A stretch of DNA of 64,000 nucleotides, from NCBI GenBank assembly GCA_965208575.1, contig CBDBOV010000006.1, positions 1,280,001 through 1,344,000 on the forward strand, written 5' to 3'. Of this stretch, positions 1 to 10,069 are shown piece by piece (the stretch's first letter is position 1; every line of letters begins with the position of its first letter). A program made the position numbers and the translations under genes. The notes under the pieces are model-generated. The model saw only the letters and a list, made by a program, of their open reading frames with translations. It had not been told where the DNA came from and did not search any database. The stretch is from Spirochaetia bacterium. Lineage in GTDB: Bacteria > Spirochaetota > Spirochaetia > SZUA-6 > Bin103.

Positions 1-446
1 GCTCACGCCGTGCGCGGATGCGGTTCCTTGAGTATCATTTTGCACCCCCTATTTTGATTTACTTGGCCACGGGGTGCCCGGTCATATGGCTGACAGAAGC
101 TGTGTGTCTCGGGTCGGAAGGAGGGGTCGCCTACGGGGCGATCAGCCGGAGCGGTTAGTTGTTTCTCGGTCGAAAGTGCCGCGGAGGGAAGTGGGGGGGG
201 GCGACGAGGCATGAATCTGTTCATGATTCTATCGCGGGCTTGTGATCGTGTCACGGACGTGGAGCGCGGGTAGCGCGGGTCAGCGCCAGCCCACCGACCG
301 AGCCCCAGCGAGCCCCACTGCGGCATCGCCCGTGCTCGCGCAGCGAGAGGGCAACTGTCTCGGAAGCGCTTTGTCCACATTTTGCGCGCCGCGGCTACAA
401 GCGCGCAAGTGACCCTTCGCACCAGGCCGGGCCTGCCGGACGCGAG

Positions 447-1522
447 TCACATACCCCACACGTCGACTGCCACCGCGCTGCCGCCGCGCGCCGGGTTGTG
501 CCGCAGATGGAGCACCTTCTCCTCCCAGCTCCGCCGCTCCCGGCGGTCGATCACGACCAGGTGCCCCGCTTCGGCCGCGCTGCGGTCCACGTAGCGAGCC
601 GTCTGCGCGACGCCCTCCGCGATGACGCCATCGAGCCCGTCGCGCTCCCGCACCACCTTGCACTCCACCACGAACTCCTGCACCCGGTCGGCCATCGGCC
701 ACACGATCAGCAGGTCCACCCTCCCGCTGCCCAGGGCGTATTCGCGCTCGATGCGCCCGCCGCCGTTCACCACGCGCTGCAAGTACGCCTGCAGGAGCAA
801 CTGCGCGCCTGGGTCCACACCGCCTCCAGCGCCTCAGGCGCGAATGCCTGGCCGGTCTCTTCCGCGTGCTGGGTCAGCAGCGCCAGCGTCTGCGCCCGTG
901 AGAAGTCTCCCAGCCGCAGCGACGCCGCGGCGATGTTGAATGGGCTGCCGGCGGCGCCCATGCGGTAGTCGCGCAGGTCGCGCATGCCGCACAGGACCAC
1001 GCTGTGCGGGAAGCGTTCCGGACGCCCGGGGTAGCCGGCGCGGATCTGCTGGAGCACCGACAGGAGCGAATCGCCCACCAGCGTGTCGATCTCGTCGATC
1101 AGCAGCACCAGCGGGCGCGCCGACGCCTGCGCCCAGCGCTCCAGAGCTACGCTCAACGCCAGGTCCGGACCGAACTCAGCGAGGATCTCCGCCCAAACGC
1201 CTCGCAGGAATCGGTCGCCCGACGCCGCATCTGCCGCATTCGCCAGCGTGGCGAGGACCACGCGCATCGCCCGCTGCACGTCGTCGCGGGCGGTGCGGGC
1301 GGTCTCGACCGTGACGTAAACGCAACCGTATCCTCGCTCGTTCAACACTTCGGCCAGCGCCAACAGCGCCGACGTCTTGCCAGTCTGCCGCGGCGCGTGC
1401 AGCACGAAGTACTGCTCGTCCCGTACCAGCCCGAGCACTTCGTCCAGGTCGATGCGTTCAAGCGATGGGATACAATAGTGCTTGTCGGGCTTGACGGGAC
1501 CGGCGGTGGTGAACGAACGCAT
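447..1522 (-). pseudogene. AAA-like ATPase with C-terminal PD-(D/E)XK-type nuclease domain, broken by an internal deletion and frameshift near 808
   Basis: N-part MRSFTTAGPV, Walker A APRQTGKTS, Walker B LLIDEID, ends at EAVWTQ. C-part in another frame (AQLLLQAYLQRVVNGGGRIEREYALGSGRVDLL..VECK) begins at the same point. The middle region typical of this family is missing. Confidence 0.8.
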
Positions 1523-1617
1523 GGTATCCTCGCTTGGCGACGGCCGGGAGTGGCCCGGCGCTCCCGTGCGGAGTGTATCATAGCGCCTGCTCCACCTCCG
1601 GGAGCGCCCCTTGCTGC

Positions 1618-1659
1618 GATCTGCAACGGGTCGACGAGGAGATTCCCGCAGCCTTCGAC
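1618..1659 (+). repeat. Diverged copy of the 3' end of the downstream LLM gene (about 2566-2607)
   Basis: gatctgcaacgggtcgacgaggagattcccgcagccttc (DLQRVDEEIPAAF) vs gacctgcagcgggtggacgaggagatcatcgccgccttc (DLQRVDEEIIAAF). Confidence 0.75.
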
Positions 1660-1686
1660 CAATACGATGGAAGGAGACAAGAGAAA

Positions 1687-2610
1687 ATGAAGTTCGGTTC
1701 ACAGCTCAAGATCTACCGTGCCCGGTGGGACGAGATGGAGGCGCAGATTCAGGCAATGGAAGCGGGGCGCTGGAACAGCATCTGGTTTCCCGACCACTTC
1801 CTGCCGCCTACCGCCGTCACCAGCATTCCCGCCGAGCAGGATGAGCGCAATCCGGCCTGGGAAGCGTTCATCCCGCTCGCCGTGACGGCCGGAATCACCA
1901 AGCGGCTCAAGCTCGGCACCCTGGTCGCCGGCAACCCGTACCGCAACCCGGCGCTGGTGGCGAAGATGGCCGCCGAGATCGACCAGGCCTCCAGGGGCCG
2001 CCTGATCCTGGGCATCGGCGCCGGCTGGTTCGAACGCGAGCACCAGGCGTACGGTTGGGACTTCGCCGCAATGAAGGAGCGGCAGGACCGGCTGGAGGAG
2101 GCCTGCGCCGTGATCCGCGGGCTGTTCACGGCGGGACAGCCCGTGGACTTCCAGGGCGAGTACTACCGGCTGGAGCGGGCGCCGCTGTCCCCCGGCTGTT
2201 ATCAGCAGCCCAACATTCCGATCATGATCGGCGGCAACGGCGAGCGCCGTACGCTGCGCACTGCCGCGCGCTACGCGGACATCTACAACTACAATGGCTG
2301 GGCGGGGATGGACGTCGAGGTGTTCAAGCACAAGCGCAGCGTGCTGGAGCGGCACTGCGACGACATCGGCCGCGATCCGGCGGAAATCAGGTTGACGGTT
2401 CACTACCCGTTGCGGCTTGCCAACACCGAAGCGGAGCGGAAACGCATTCTGCAGGAACATCCGAACCGTACGGTGGGATCGCGCGATTTCCACATCGATC
2501 TGGTCGGCGAGTTCGCGGAGGCGGGCGTCGAGGAGATGTGCTGCGCCACCCAGGACAATGTCGAAGACCTGCAGCGGGTGGACGAGGAGATCATCGCCGC
2601 CTTCTCTTAG
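1687..2610 (+). CDS. LLM-class (luciferase-like, probably F420-dependent) oxidoreductase
   Basis: Motifs SIWFPDHF, RNPALVAKMAAEIDQASRGRLILGIGAGW, PIMIGGNGE..TLRTAARYAD. ATG at 1687 after aaggag. Confidence 0.9.
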   Translation: MKFGSQLKIYRARWDEMEAQIQAMEAGRWNSIWFPDHFLPPTAVTSIPAEQDERNPAWEAFIPLAVTAGITKRLKLGTLVAGNPYRNPALVAKMAAEIDQASRGRLILGIGAGWFEREHQAYGWDFAAMKERQDRLEEACAVIRGLFTAGQPVDFQGEYYRLERAPLSPGCYQQPNIPIMIGGNGERRTLRTAARYADIYNYNGWAGMDVEVFKHKRSVLERHCDDIGRDPAEIRLTVHYPLRLANTEAERKRILQEHPNRTVGSRDFHIDLVGEFAEAGVEEMCCATQDNVEDLQRVDEEIIAAFS

Positions 2611-2675
2611 CTGCCCTTCACGAGCTGGCAGCCCGGTCGCGACGGCAACCACGCGCCCGCGTGCCGACGCGCCTT

Positions 2676-2711
2676 GATGCGGTGATGTAACGATGCGATG
2701 ATACCGTGATG
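2676..2711 (+). promoter_or_regulatory. Probable vapBC operator: clustered GATG direct repeats
   Basis: tgatgc..tgatgt..cgatgc.gatgat..tgatg immediately before the RHH antitoxin start. Confidence 0.4.
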
Positions 2712-2939
2712 CGTACCACCGTGACGATCGACGATGACGTACTGGCCGTTGCCCGGGCGCTCGCGCAGAGAGACGGCGGCAGCTTGGGGAGTGCTTTGTC
2801 CACGCTCGCGCGCCGCGGCTTCAGGAGCGCGGCAATCGATGACGACGATGAGGACGACCTGCCCACATTCCGCGTTACGCCCGACTCCGCACCCATCACC
2901 AGCGAGGATGTCCGGAAAGCGCTCAGCGACTGGCCATGA
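2709..2939 (+). CDS. vapB: VapB/CopG-type RHH antitoxin
   Basis: MRTTVTIDDDVLAVARALA N-terminus. Stop overlaps the PIN toxin start (ATGA). Confidence 0.85.
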   Translation: MRTTVTIDDDVLAVARALAQRDGGSLGSALSTLARRGFRSAAIDDDDEDDLPTFRVTPDSAPITSEDVRKALSDWP

Positions 2940-3370
2940 TCGCGCTGCCCGACGTCAATACGCTGATAGCGCTCGCCTGGCCCAACCACGTCCACCACGA
3001 CGCGGCGCGCACCTGGTTCGCAGCGGCCCGCGCCGCCGGGTGGGCGACGTGTGCCATCACCGAAGCCGGCTTCGTCCGCGTATCCTGCAATCGCTCCGCG
3101 GTCGGCCACGAGGTAACGCCACTCGACGCGCTCGCGCTGTTGCGCAGGCTGCGGCGGCGCGGGGCGCACACGTTCTGGGTGCAGGATCGCTCGATCACCT
3201 CGTTGCCGGATGAGATCCTCACCCGCATCCAGGGATACCGCCAGATCACCGATGCCGTGCTGGTCGCGCTGGCCATGCAGCACGCCGGCCGGCTCGCGAC
3301 GTTCGACGGGGGAATCAAGAACCTGTTGCCCAAGACTCGACAACCGTCGGTACACGTCATCCCGGTCTGA
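2936..3370 (+). CDS. vapC: VapC PIN-domain ribonuclease toxin
   Basis: LPDVNTLIALAWPNHVHH, TCAITEAGFVR, QITDAVLVALA, LATFD. Confidence 0.9.
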   Translation: MIALPDVNTLIALAWPNHVHHDAARTWFAAARAAGWATCAITEAGFVRVSCNRSAVGHEVTPLDALALLRRLRRRGAHTFWVQDRSITSLPDEILTRIQGYRQITDAVLVALAMQHAGRLATFDGGIKNLLPKTRQPSVHVIPV

Positions 3371-3403
3371 ACGCGCAGCGCCCGATCCGAGATTGCGCGC
3401 AGG

Positions 3404-4204
3404 TCACCCAAGCAAGCGCAGCAGGTCGTCTCGGTTGACCAGTTCGATATCCTCCTGCCGTTCGAGGAACGGACGCAGGTCGGTCACGGCGCGGCCCCAA
3501 TCCATGGCGTCCATTCGCTCGGCCAGCGACCTCCGCCATTTGTGCGGCGTCATTTCCGGGCCGCGCCAGTCGGTTTGCCGCAGCGCCGCGTTGAGCAGTA
3601 CGAGGTTGGGCGGCGGCCACTCCGGGTCGCTCAGATACCAGGCCAGGTCGTACACGTCACGCCCCTTGGTATACGGACGCTGCAGCACGGCATGCAGCTT
3701 GCCGGCGAGCAGGGACGCGCGGTCATGGTGAAACAGCCGCAGCGTTTCGTGGCGGCGCACCAGGCTGGTGGTCATGCGCGCGCCGGACGGCGGCCGGGTG
3801 TCCACCTCGATCTTGATGGCGAGCACTTCCGCCCGGTGCGGCGACAGGCCGATTTCGTACAGCAGGCCCGGGAACCGCACCCAGGCGCCGTGCACGGTGC
3901 GGGTGTCCTGGACGCGCAGCTCGATGCGGTAGTGCTCCGCGGCCAGCTCGGCGCGGATCGCCTGCAGCCAGCCGCGCAGCCGGTATCCGCCCCGGTCGCC
4001 TTCCAGGGCGAAGTCGAGGTCTTCGGAATAGCGCGGCAGGCTGAACAGAAAGCGCAGGCACGTTCCGCCGTGAAACGCCAGCGAGGTCATCGCGCCGGCC
4101 CGCTGCAGCGCTCCGAGAATGCGCGCCTGCAGATATTCGCGGGCGACATTCCGGGCTTGCAGCGGACCGCGCCCCTGCACGAGCTGCCGCAGGTGATCCT
4201 TCAC
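3404..4204 (-). CDS. abiEii: AbiEii nucleotidyltransferase toxin (type IV TA)
   Basis: FHGGTCLRFLFSLPRYSEDLDF, KLHAVLQR..KGRDVYDL. Confidence 0.9.
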   Translation of the reverse strand: MKDHLRQLVQGRGPLQARNVAREYLQARILGALQRAGAMTSLAFHGGTCLRFLFSLPRYSEDLDFALEGDRGGYRLRGWLQAIRAELAAEHYRIELRVQDTRTVHGAWVRFPGLLYEIGLSPHRAEVLAIKIEVDTRPPSGARMTTSLVRRHETLRLFHHDRASLLAGKLHAVLQRPYTKGRDVYDLAWYLSDPEWPPPNLVLLNAALRQTDWRGPEMTPHKWRRSLAERMDAMDWGRAVTDLRPFLERQEDIELVNRDDLLRLLG

Positions 4205-4836
4205 AGGGCCTCGTAGCCCGGCTCGTCACCGGCGATCCAGCGAATACCGCCGGCGGCGCGGAGCAGTTTCGGCGTCGCACAGATCCCCGCAAGCGCCTCC
4301 AGCCGCTGCAGGTGCAACCTGTCGAAGTCAAGACGCAACTCGCGCAGGTACGCCGCGTCGTCTCCCCCGGGGTGCAGATGGATCAGGTCAAGCAGCGCCT
4401 TCTCCGGCTCCGCAACGAATGCGCTTTGGCCGCCGCCCAACTCGACCTGGCGATAGCCGAACAGCAGGCCGGGCTTCAGGTGACGGAAGGAGAACCTGCC
4501 GATCGCGGTATCGCGCAGGTGCGGGCGCCCCGGCGTGACGCTGGTCACTTCCGCCACGTACTCGGGAATCGCCTGCACGAACGCCAACGCCGCCAGCCCG
4601 CTGACGTAGGACCCCCGCGCCAGCCGGTTCGCCACCAGGAACGGGTGCGGAGTCCGTCTCTCCCATGGCGGCGCCAGGGTATACAGTCCGCGTCGCAGTT
4701 GCCGAATGCGCCCGCTGCGCGTCCAGCGCGAGAGCTGGCGCCGCAGACTGGCAGGATCGACGGCCCCCGCCAGCAGCAGCCCGGTCTCGAACACCGGCTC
4801 ATCCGCCACGATCTCCACCAACTCCTCAAATCGCAT
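4201..4836 (-). CDS. abiEi: AbiEi antitoxin / wHTH regulator (type IV TA)
   Basis: LSRWTRSGRIRQLRRGLY, SYVSGLAAL, VAEPEKALLD. Overlaps the abiEii start. Confidence 0.85.
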   Translation of the reverse strand: MRFEELVEIVADEPVFETGLLLAGAVDPASLRRQLSRWTRSGRIRQLRRGLYTLAPPWERRTPHPFLVANRLARGSYVSGLAALAFVQAIPEYVAEVTSVTPGRPHLRDTAIGRFSFRHLKPGLLFGYRQVELGGGQSAFVAEPEKALLDLIHLHPGGDDAAYLRELRLDFDRLHLQRLEALAGICATPKLLRAAGGIRWIAGDEPGYEAL

Positions 4837-4856
4837 TGCAATAAGTTACCACTTAA

Positions 4857-4870
4857 GGCAAAATATTGCC
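4857..4870. promoter_or_regulatory. Inverted repeat GGCAA-aata-TTGCC upstream of abiEi, likely autoregulatory operator
   Basis: Palindrome in an AT-rich patch about 20 bp upstream of the start. AbiEi proteins are known to bind promoter inverted repeats. Confidence 0.5.
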
Positions 4871-4880
4871 ACATAGATTC

Positions 4881-5050
4881 GGAAAGCGTGCATCCGCTCA
4901 CCGTGAGCGCGGGGATGACCAAGAGGCTCAAGCTCGCCACTTGGTCGCCGGAACCCCCATCGCAATCCAGCCCTGGCGGCAGAGATCGCTGCCGAGATCG
5001 ACCAAGTCTCCGAGCTTGGCCGGCTGGTTCCGGCAAGCGATATCAGCGCC
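4881..5050 (+). pseudogene. Decayed internal fragment of the LLM oxidoreductase gene (matches about 1859-2022)
   Basis: accaagaggctcaagctcgccacttggtcgccgga..gccgagatcgaccaagtctcc aligns to accaagcggctcaagctcggcaccctggtcgccggca..gccgagatcgaccaggcctcc, with frameshifts. Confidence 0.8.
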
Positions 5051-5056
5051 CGCGGG

Positions 5057-5332
5057 TCATGACAGCTCGATGTGGACCACTTTGCCGAGTGCGCGGGCCA
5101 CCTTCTCGAGCGTCGCAAGGGTAATGCTCTCGGCGTGATTCTCGAGTCTGGAGATCGCACTCTTGGTGGTCTGAATTTCCCGCGCGAGCTGTTCCTGCGT
5201 CATGCCTTTTTCGAGGCGCAGCTCTTTGATCAGCAGGCCGATCCGCAGATTGCGCCGCTCATCCTCCAGTCCGGCTCGGAAGTTCGAGTTCTTCTTCTCC
5301 CGCTTCCGTACGTATCTCTCAACATCGCTCAT
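5057..5332 (-). CDS. XRE-family HTH antitoxin (HigA-like)
   Basis: IKELRLEKGMTQEQLAREIQTTKSAISRLE. Follows the toxin with an ATGA overlap. Confidence 0.85.
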   Translation of the reverse strand: MSDVERYVRKREKKNSNFRAGLEDERRNLRIGLLIKELRLEKGMTQEQLAREIQTTKSAISRLENHAESITLATLEKVARALGKVVHIELS

Positions 5333-5679
5333 GGTTGCCTCCGTGCGAAATAGTCCCGGCGATATCGTTCCGCGCGATCGATTTCCCGCCGTGGCGTTCG
5401 TTGAGTCTTCTTCATGAACCCGTGCGTAATCACCACGGTGTTGTTCCGGTCGAAGAAGCACAGCAGTCGGTAGATGTTCCTCTCCCACCGTATGCGAAAC
5501 TCGAACAGTTCGGTACCGACCAGCTTCCTGAAGTACTTTGCAGGGACGATTGGCACTGTTTCGACGAGTTCGATCACTGCGATGACCTTCTGCACGACCT
5601 TGTCCGACAGCATGTCCAAGAACGCTTCCGTCGGAACGGCTCCGTTCTTCGTCCTGTAGAACTCAATCGTTCGTCTCAC
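5329..5679 (-). CDS. RelE/ParE (HigB/Gp49-like) toxin
   Basis: IEFYRTKNG..FL, LFEFRI..NIYRLLCFF..VVITHGFMKKTQRTP..EI. Confidence 0.88.
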   Translation of the reverse strand: MRRTIEFYRTKNGAVPTEAFLDMLSDKVVQKVIAVIELVETVPIVPAKYFRKLVGTELFEFRIRWERNIYRLLCFFDRNNTVVITHGFMKKTQRTPRREIDRAERYRRDYFARRQP

Positions 5680-5799
5680 TGACGAAGGTTAGCAAGAATG
5701 TGAATATCGATCAAGCGGAGACATCGAGGAGCACCTCAATGGACGGCTGGCAGCTTGACCGGCCCCGCTTGGCGTAGGGCCGCGCCGGTGAGGGGTGAG

Positions 5800-6543
5800 C
5801 TACGGGGCGAGGTGGCGGCAAAACCAGGTCAGGGCATTGGCCCAGCCGGCCGCGGTGAACTCGTGGGCCACGCCGTCGTGGAGGACCACTTCCAGCCGCT
5901 CCGGGCAGTGCGCGTATACCTCCTCGCGCAGGGCGGCGACGAACCGTTGGCTGCCGTCGGGCGGAACCTGCCGGTCCTCGGCGCCGTTCTGGAAGCTGAT
6001 GGCGGGAGTGTGGCGATACGCCGCCAGGTTGGTGAGTGGGTCGCGCCGCTCGTAGCAGGCCTCAGCCGCCGCATCGGGCGCCCCCGGCGGCTCGAACGAG
6101 CCGGGCCGCAACCAGTCCGCCGTGGCGATGGCCGCGGCCACAACCGTAACGCGCGGATCCACCGCTGCCGCCACGACGGAGGTGTCGCCGCCGGCGGAGA
6201 TGCCGCCCATGCCGGCCGCCTCGGCCACGCCGAGATGCCGTACCGCCCAATCGAGCACCTGCGGCACTTCTTCCGCGGTGTGCGCCAGGATCGGCCAGAA
6301 GTAGCGGCGGATGTTGCCGCGCACCCGTTCGCGCAGTTGGTCAATCGACTCGATGCGCCGCTCACCGTGCTGGTACGGGTCGAAGCTCAGCGCCACGAAT
6401 CCCGCCGCCGCCAGGTCGGCCAGGTAGGGCTGCATCATCTCCTTGGTGCCGCTGAACCCCGGCAGCCAGATCACCAGCGTCCGCGTCGCCGCCGCCGGCT
6501 CCACCCATACCAGCGGAATCTCCCCCGCCCGCCCGGTACGCAT
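5800..6543 (-). CDS. Alpha/beta-fold hydrolase (esterase/peptidase S9-like)
   Basis: GISAGG nucleophile elbow, D (GAEDRQVP), H (GVAHEF). Confidence 0.8.
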   Translation of the reverse strand: MRTGRAGEIPLVWVEPAAATRTLVIWLPGFSGTKEMMQPYLADLAAAGFVALSFDPYQHGERRIESIDQLRERVRGNIRRYFWPILAHTAEEVPQVLDWAVRHLGVAEAAGMGGISAGGDTSVVAAAVDPRVTVVAAAIATADWLRPGSFEPPGAPDAAAEACYERRDPLTNLAAYRHTPAISFQNGAEDRQVPPDGSQRFVAALREEVYAHCPERLEVVLHDGVAHEFTAAGWANALTWFCRHLAP

Positions 6544-6545
6544 AG

Positions 6546-7697
6546 CTACAGTCCGGCCGGGGCGAGTCCGCCGATCGATTGGGATAGGTTGTCGGGCTGC
6601 TCCCGGCGGGTAGCGGCAGGTTCGGTGCCCGGGTTGGCGGTGGCGGGCAGCGGGGTGTCGTACTGGTAGTCCGGTTCGGTTTGCTGGCGCTTCCAGACGG
6701 CGCGCATCTCGCGCCATGCCTCGGCGAGCGTGCGCGGCTTCGGCATGTCGGCGGCGATCTCCCGGTACAGCTTGGACAGGTTGTAGCAGGGTACGCCGGC
6801 GTACATGTGGTGCTCGGTGTGCCAGTTCATGTGCCAGTAGATGAACTCCGAAAACGGGTCCAGGGTGATCGAGCGCACGCACTTGCGGAAGTCGGTGACG
6901 TTGTCGCGCAGGCCGGCGTGCATCGGCAGGCCGACGAAGTGTGCCCACCAGTTGGCGATGAACGGAAACAGCGACAGCACGATCGGCAGCACCCACAATC
7001 CGGTGGCGATCGCCACCGCGAGGATGGCGCCGTGAAACGCCAGGATGGCGCGCGCCCACCAGATCGCCTTGCGCTTCTCCTGCTGCTGGTCGGCGTACAT
7101 GGCGGTCCACCACTCGCCGCCGACCACGCCGAACGCCGCCTCCACGGTGTCGATCAGGGTCGGCAGCAGGCCGCCGTGGCCGAGGTTGCGGCGCGAGCGC
7201 CACACGTTGAAGGTGAACAGCTGCAGCAGGAGCAGGAAACGCAGCGACACGTTGGCCGGCAGCACCGCCTCGCGGTCGCCCTCCGGGTGCAGGGTGTAGC
7301 GGTGGTGATAGGTGTGGCTCACCGCGTAGTGGAACGGGTTGTCCCAGCTCGGCAGCGCGTACACGTACAGGAACAGCTTGTTCAGCCACTTGGTGCGGAA
7401 CACCGTCTTGTGGTTCAGCTCGTGGGTCGCCAGGCCGCGGAAGAAGGTGCCGATGGTGCCGTGCGCGAACAGCGCCAGCGCGAACAGGAACCAGAGCTGG
7501 TGCGCCCAGCACAGGATCACCAGCGCCGCCGTGCACGCGAACAGGGCCAGGTGCCCGCCGGCCTGAAACCAGCCCCTCGCGTCGCTGCGCCGCATCAGCT
7601 CGCGCAGCTTCGCCGGCGCCACCGGGCACCGGTACCACTGTACCCGCAGTTCCTTGCGCACTTCCGCCAGCGGCGGCCACTGATCGTTCACACCCAT
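6546..7697 (-). CDS. Fatty acid desaturase family protein
   Basis: His boxes HELNH, HTYHH, HTEHH, plus membrane segments. Confidence 0.88.
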   Translation of the reverse strand: MGVNDQWPPLAEVRKELRVQWYRCPVAPAKLRELMRRSDARGWFQAGGHLALFACTAALVILCWAHQLWFLFALALFAHGTIGTFFRGLATHELNHKTVFRTKWLNKLFLYVYALPSWDNPFHYAVSHTYHHRYTLHPEGDREAVLPANVSLRFLLLLQLFTFNVWRSRRNLGHGGLLPTLIDTVEAAFGVVGGEWWTAMYADQQQEKRKAIWWARAILAFHGAILAVAIATGLWVLPIVLSLFPFIANWWAHFVGLPMHAGLRDNVTDFRKCVRSITLDPFSEFIYWHMNWHTEHHMYAGVPCYNLSKLYREIAADMPKPRTLAEAWREMRAVWKRQQTEPDYQYDTPLPATANPGTEPAATRREQPDNLSQSIGGLAPAGL

Positions 7698-7867
7698 ACC
7701 TGTGGCGCGATCTTATCAGGCCTCCTGCTCTTCGCGTAGCCGCCACCTCGCCTCGGCTGACCCGGCAGGCCCCGGCAGGCACGAGCAATTTCAGCGCGGC
7801 ACGGATTCGTGATACGGTGAGCGGAAGCCGCTCCGTGCGGCATGGAGCAGGCATAGGAGGTTAAGGA

Positions 7868-9898
7868 ATGAGACGGAGTGTAGTCTCCTCGCTGCTGGCC
7901 GCGTTCGCGGCCCTGCTGCTGTCGGGGGCCACCGCGTGGGCCGGCGCAACGTCCGAGCCGGAGGAACAGGCGTCAGGCACCATGGCCGCCACGGGCACGT
8001 ACAACGAAGCCCCCATGCTGGCCAAGCTGGTCGCCGCCGGCGAACTCCCACCGGTCGATGACCGGCTGCCCGAAGTACCCAAGGTGCACCACATGATCGA
8101 AAGCGTCGGCCGGTATGGCGGCGAGTTGCGCGCCTTTGCCGTGACCGACAACATCTGGGAGAACGACCTGCAGGGGCAGTTCGGATCCTCCCTGTTCCGC
8201 CGGCCGATAGACAACCCGTTCGGCGTAGAGGGCGACCTGGCGCAGGGCTACGCGATCAACGACGACCGCACCGCCATGACCATCTCTCTGCGCAAGGGAT
8301 TGAAGTGGTCTGACGGCACCCCCTACACGTCGGAGGACATCCGCTTCATGCTGGAGGATTACCGCTGGCATCCCGACCTGCGCGGCGGCTCGACCTACTA
8401 CGGCGTCGACTCGGTGGAGGTAATCGACGACTACACGATCCGCCTGCACAGCCCGGACGGGTTGGGGGACATCCCGTTGATCCTGACCGCCTGGCGCGGC
8501 GGATTCCGCATGGTCTTCACGCCGTCGGAGTACATGAAACAGTTCCACATCGACTTCAATTCCGGCGCTCAGAAGACTGCCGCCGAAAACGGCTTCGACA
8601 GTTGGACCGACTACTTTCAGAATCGCATCAACGACGCCCCCTTGCGCAACATCGACAAGCCGCAGGTCGAGCCGTGGGAGCTGACCCAGATCACCGACAC
8701 GATCAAGGTGATGGAGCGCAATCCATACTTCTGGAGGGTCGATCCCGACGGCAACCAGCTCCCCTACATCGACCGGGTCGTGATCCAGATCGTCAATCCC
8801 GAAGTCTATCAACTGAAGGTGAGCGGCGGCGATGCTTCAATCGCGTACTATCGCACCAGTCTGGACAACCTGCCCCTGTACATGGCCGGAGCCGACGCCG
8901 GCGACTACCGGACAATCCTGTACCGCAGCCACTCTACCGCATGGATGAAGTACTTCACGGTCGGCAGATTCAACAAGGATCCGGTGATCCGCGAGTTGTT
9001 CTCCGACATCGACTTCCGCCATGCACTCTCGGTGGCGCTCAACCGCGACGAGATCAACAACGTGATCTACCAGGGACTGGGCGTGCCGGGCGTGGTGGCG
9101 CCGCTGTCGAGCGTGTCGTTCTACCAGGAAGGATGGCGCACCGATTGGGCGCAGTACGATCCCGACCTCGCCAATCAACTGCTCGACAAGGTGGGACTGG
9201 ACAAGCGCGACGCGGAGGGCTTCCGGATGCTGCCCGACGGGCGCCCCTTCAACTTCGTCATCGACTACGGCGCCGACCGCTGGACCGCGGAACTGGAACT
9301 GTACGTGGAGCAGTACCGGGACGTCGGCATTCGTACCGTGATACGCCTCGGCGATGCGCGTTCGTACAGTGATCGGCGCTGGCAGGGCGAGGGCATGGGC
9401 TGGGTTCACAACAACCCGATTGTTCCGCAGGCGGGCGAGCGCCAGTTGATCGAGGACTTCTTTACCTGGGACCAGCAGTTCGATGCCTGGAAGCTGTGGA
9501 TCCAGTCGCACGCCAATGCGGTTCGTTCGACGCTTCCCGAGGGCGCCATTCTGCCCGCCGGGTGGCAACTGCTGCCGCCCGTAACGGGCTGGGAGTACGT
9601 CGGCAGCCGCGGCCGCGCCGCGGAGGAGCCGCCGCTGCACTGGAAGGAGTGGCGGGTGCTCAAGGACCGCTGGTTGAACATGGAGCACGGCTCGGACGAG
9701 TTCATCGCAGCGGCTATCGAGATCTTCAACTACGTGGTGAAGGACTTCGGCATCATCGGGGCAGTTGGCGAGGTTCCGTCGGTGATTGTTGCCAAGAACA
9801 ATCTCGGCAACGTGGTTACCGAGGACATCTGGCCGGGAACGGGGGTGGCCGATCTGCTGATGCAGTCCTGGATGGACCAGCTCTACTGGAAGCAGTAG
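7868..9898 (+). CDS. ABC transporter substrate-binding protein, family 5 (peptide/nickel)
   Basis: Signal peptide, YNEAPML..GELPPVDDRLP, LRKGLKWSDGTP, RNPYFWRVDPDGNQLPYID. Confidence 0.92.
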   Translation: MRRSVVSSLLAAFAALLLSGATAWAGATSEPEEQASGTMAATGTYNEAPMLAKLVAAGELPPVDDRLPEVPKVHHMIESVGRYGGELRAFAVTDNIWENDLQGQFGSSLFRRPIDNPFGVEGDLAQGYAINDDRTAMTISLRKGLKWSDGTPYTSEDIRFMLEDYRWHPDLRGGSTYYGVDSVEVIDDYTIRLHSPDGLGDIPLILTAWRGGFRMVFTPSEYMKQFHIDFNSGAQKTAAENGFDSWTDYFQNRINDAPLRNIDKPQVEPWELTQITDTIKVMERNPYFWRVDPDGNQLPYIDRVVIQIVNPEVYQLKVSGGDASIAYYRTSLDNLPLYMAGADAGDYRTILYRSHSTAWMKYFTVGRFNKDPVIRELFSDIDFRHALSVALNRDEINNVIYQGLGVPGVVAPLSSVSFYQEGWRTDWAQYDPDLANQLLDKVGLDKRDAEGFRMLPDGRPFNFVIDYGADRWTAELELYVEQYRDVGIRTVIRLGDARSYSDRRWQGEGMGWVHNNPIVPQAGERQLIEDFFTWDQQFDAWKLWIQSHANAVRSTLPEGAILPAGWQLLPPVTGWEYVGSRGRAAEEPPLHWKEWRVLKDRWLNMEHGSDEFIAAAIEIFNYVVKDFGIIGAVGEVPSVIVAKNNLGNVVTEDIWPGTGVADLLMQSWMDQLYWKQ

Positions 9899-10069
9899 CC
9901 GGCGCTCGGCGACGAGAGGAGGGCCCGGTGCGATTGCCCTCCTCTTGTCACGGTTCGTCGGCCTCGGGGGCGTATGTACGGTGGTTTACGCCGGACGGGC
10001 TGATGTGCCGGCCCGTGTCGTGGCAAGCATGGACGACGACACTCGGTGCATCGCCGACCGGTGCACGAC

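Noticed and set aside
210-255. Operator or CRP site (catgaa-tctg-ttcatg; tgtga-N5-tcac)
   Set aside because: Spacing does not fit CRP (N6), and the regulated gene is outside the window.
5800-7854. 684-aa single ORF
   Set aside because: The N-terminal part is an alternative frame over the desaturase. Only 5800-6543 looks like a hydrolase.
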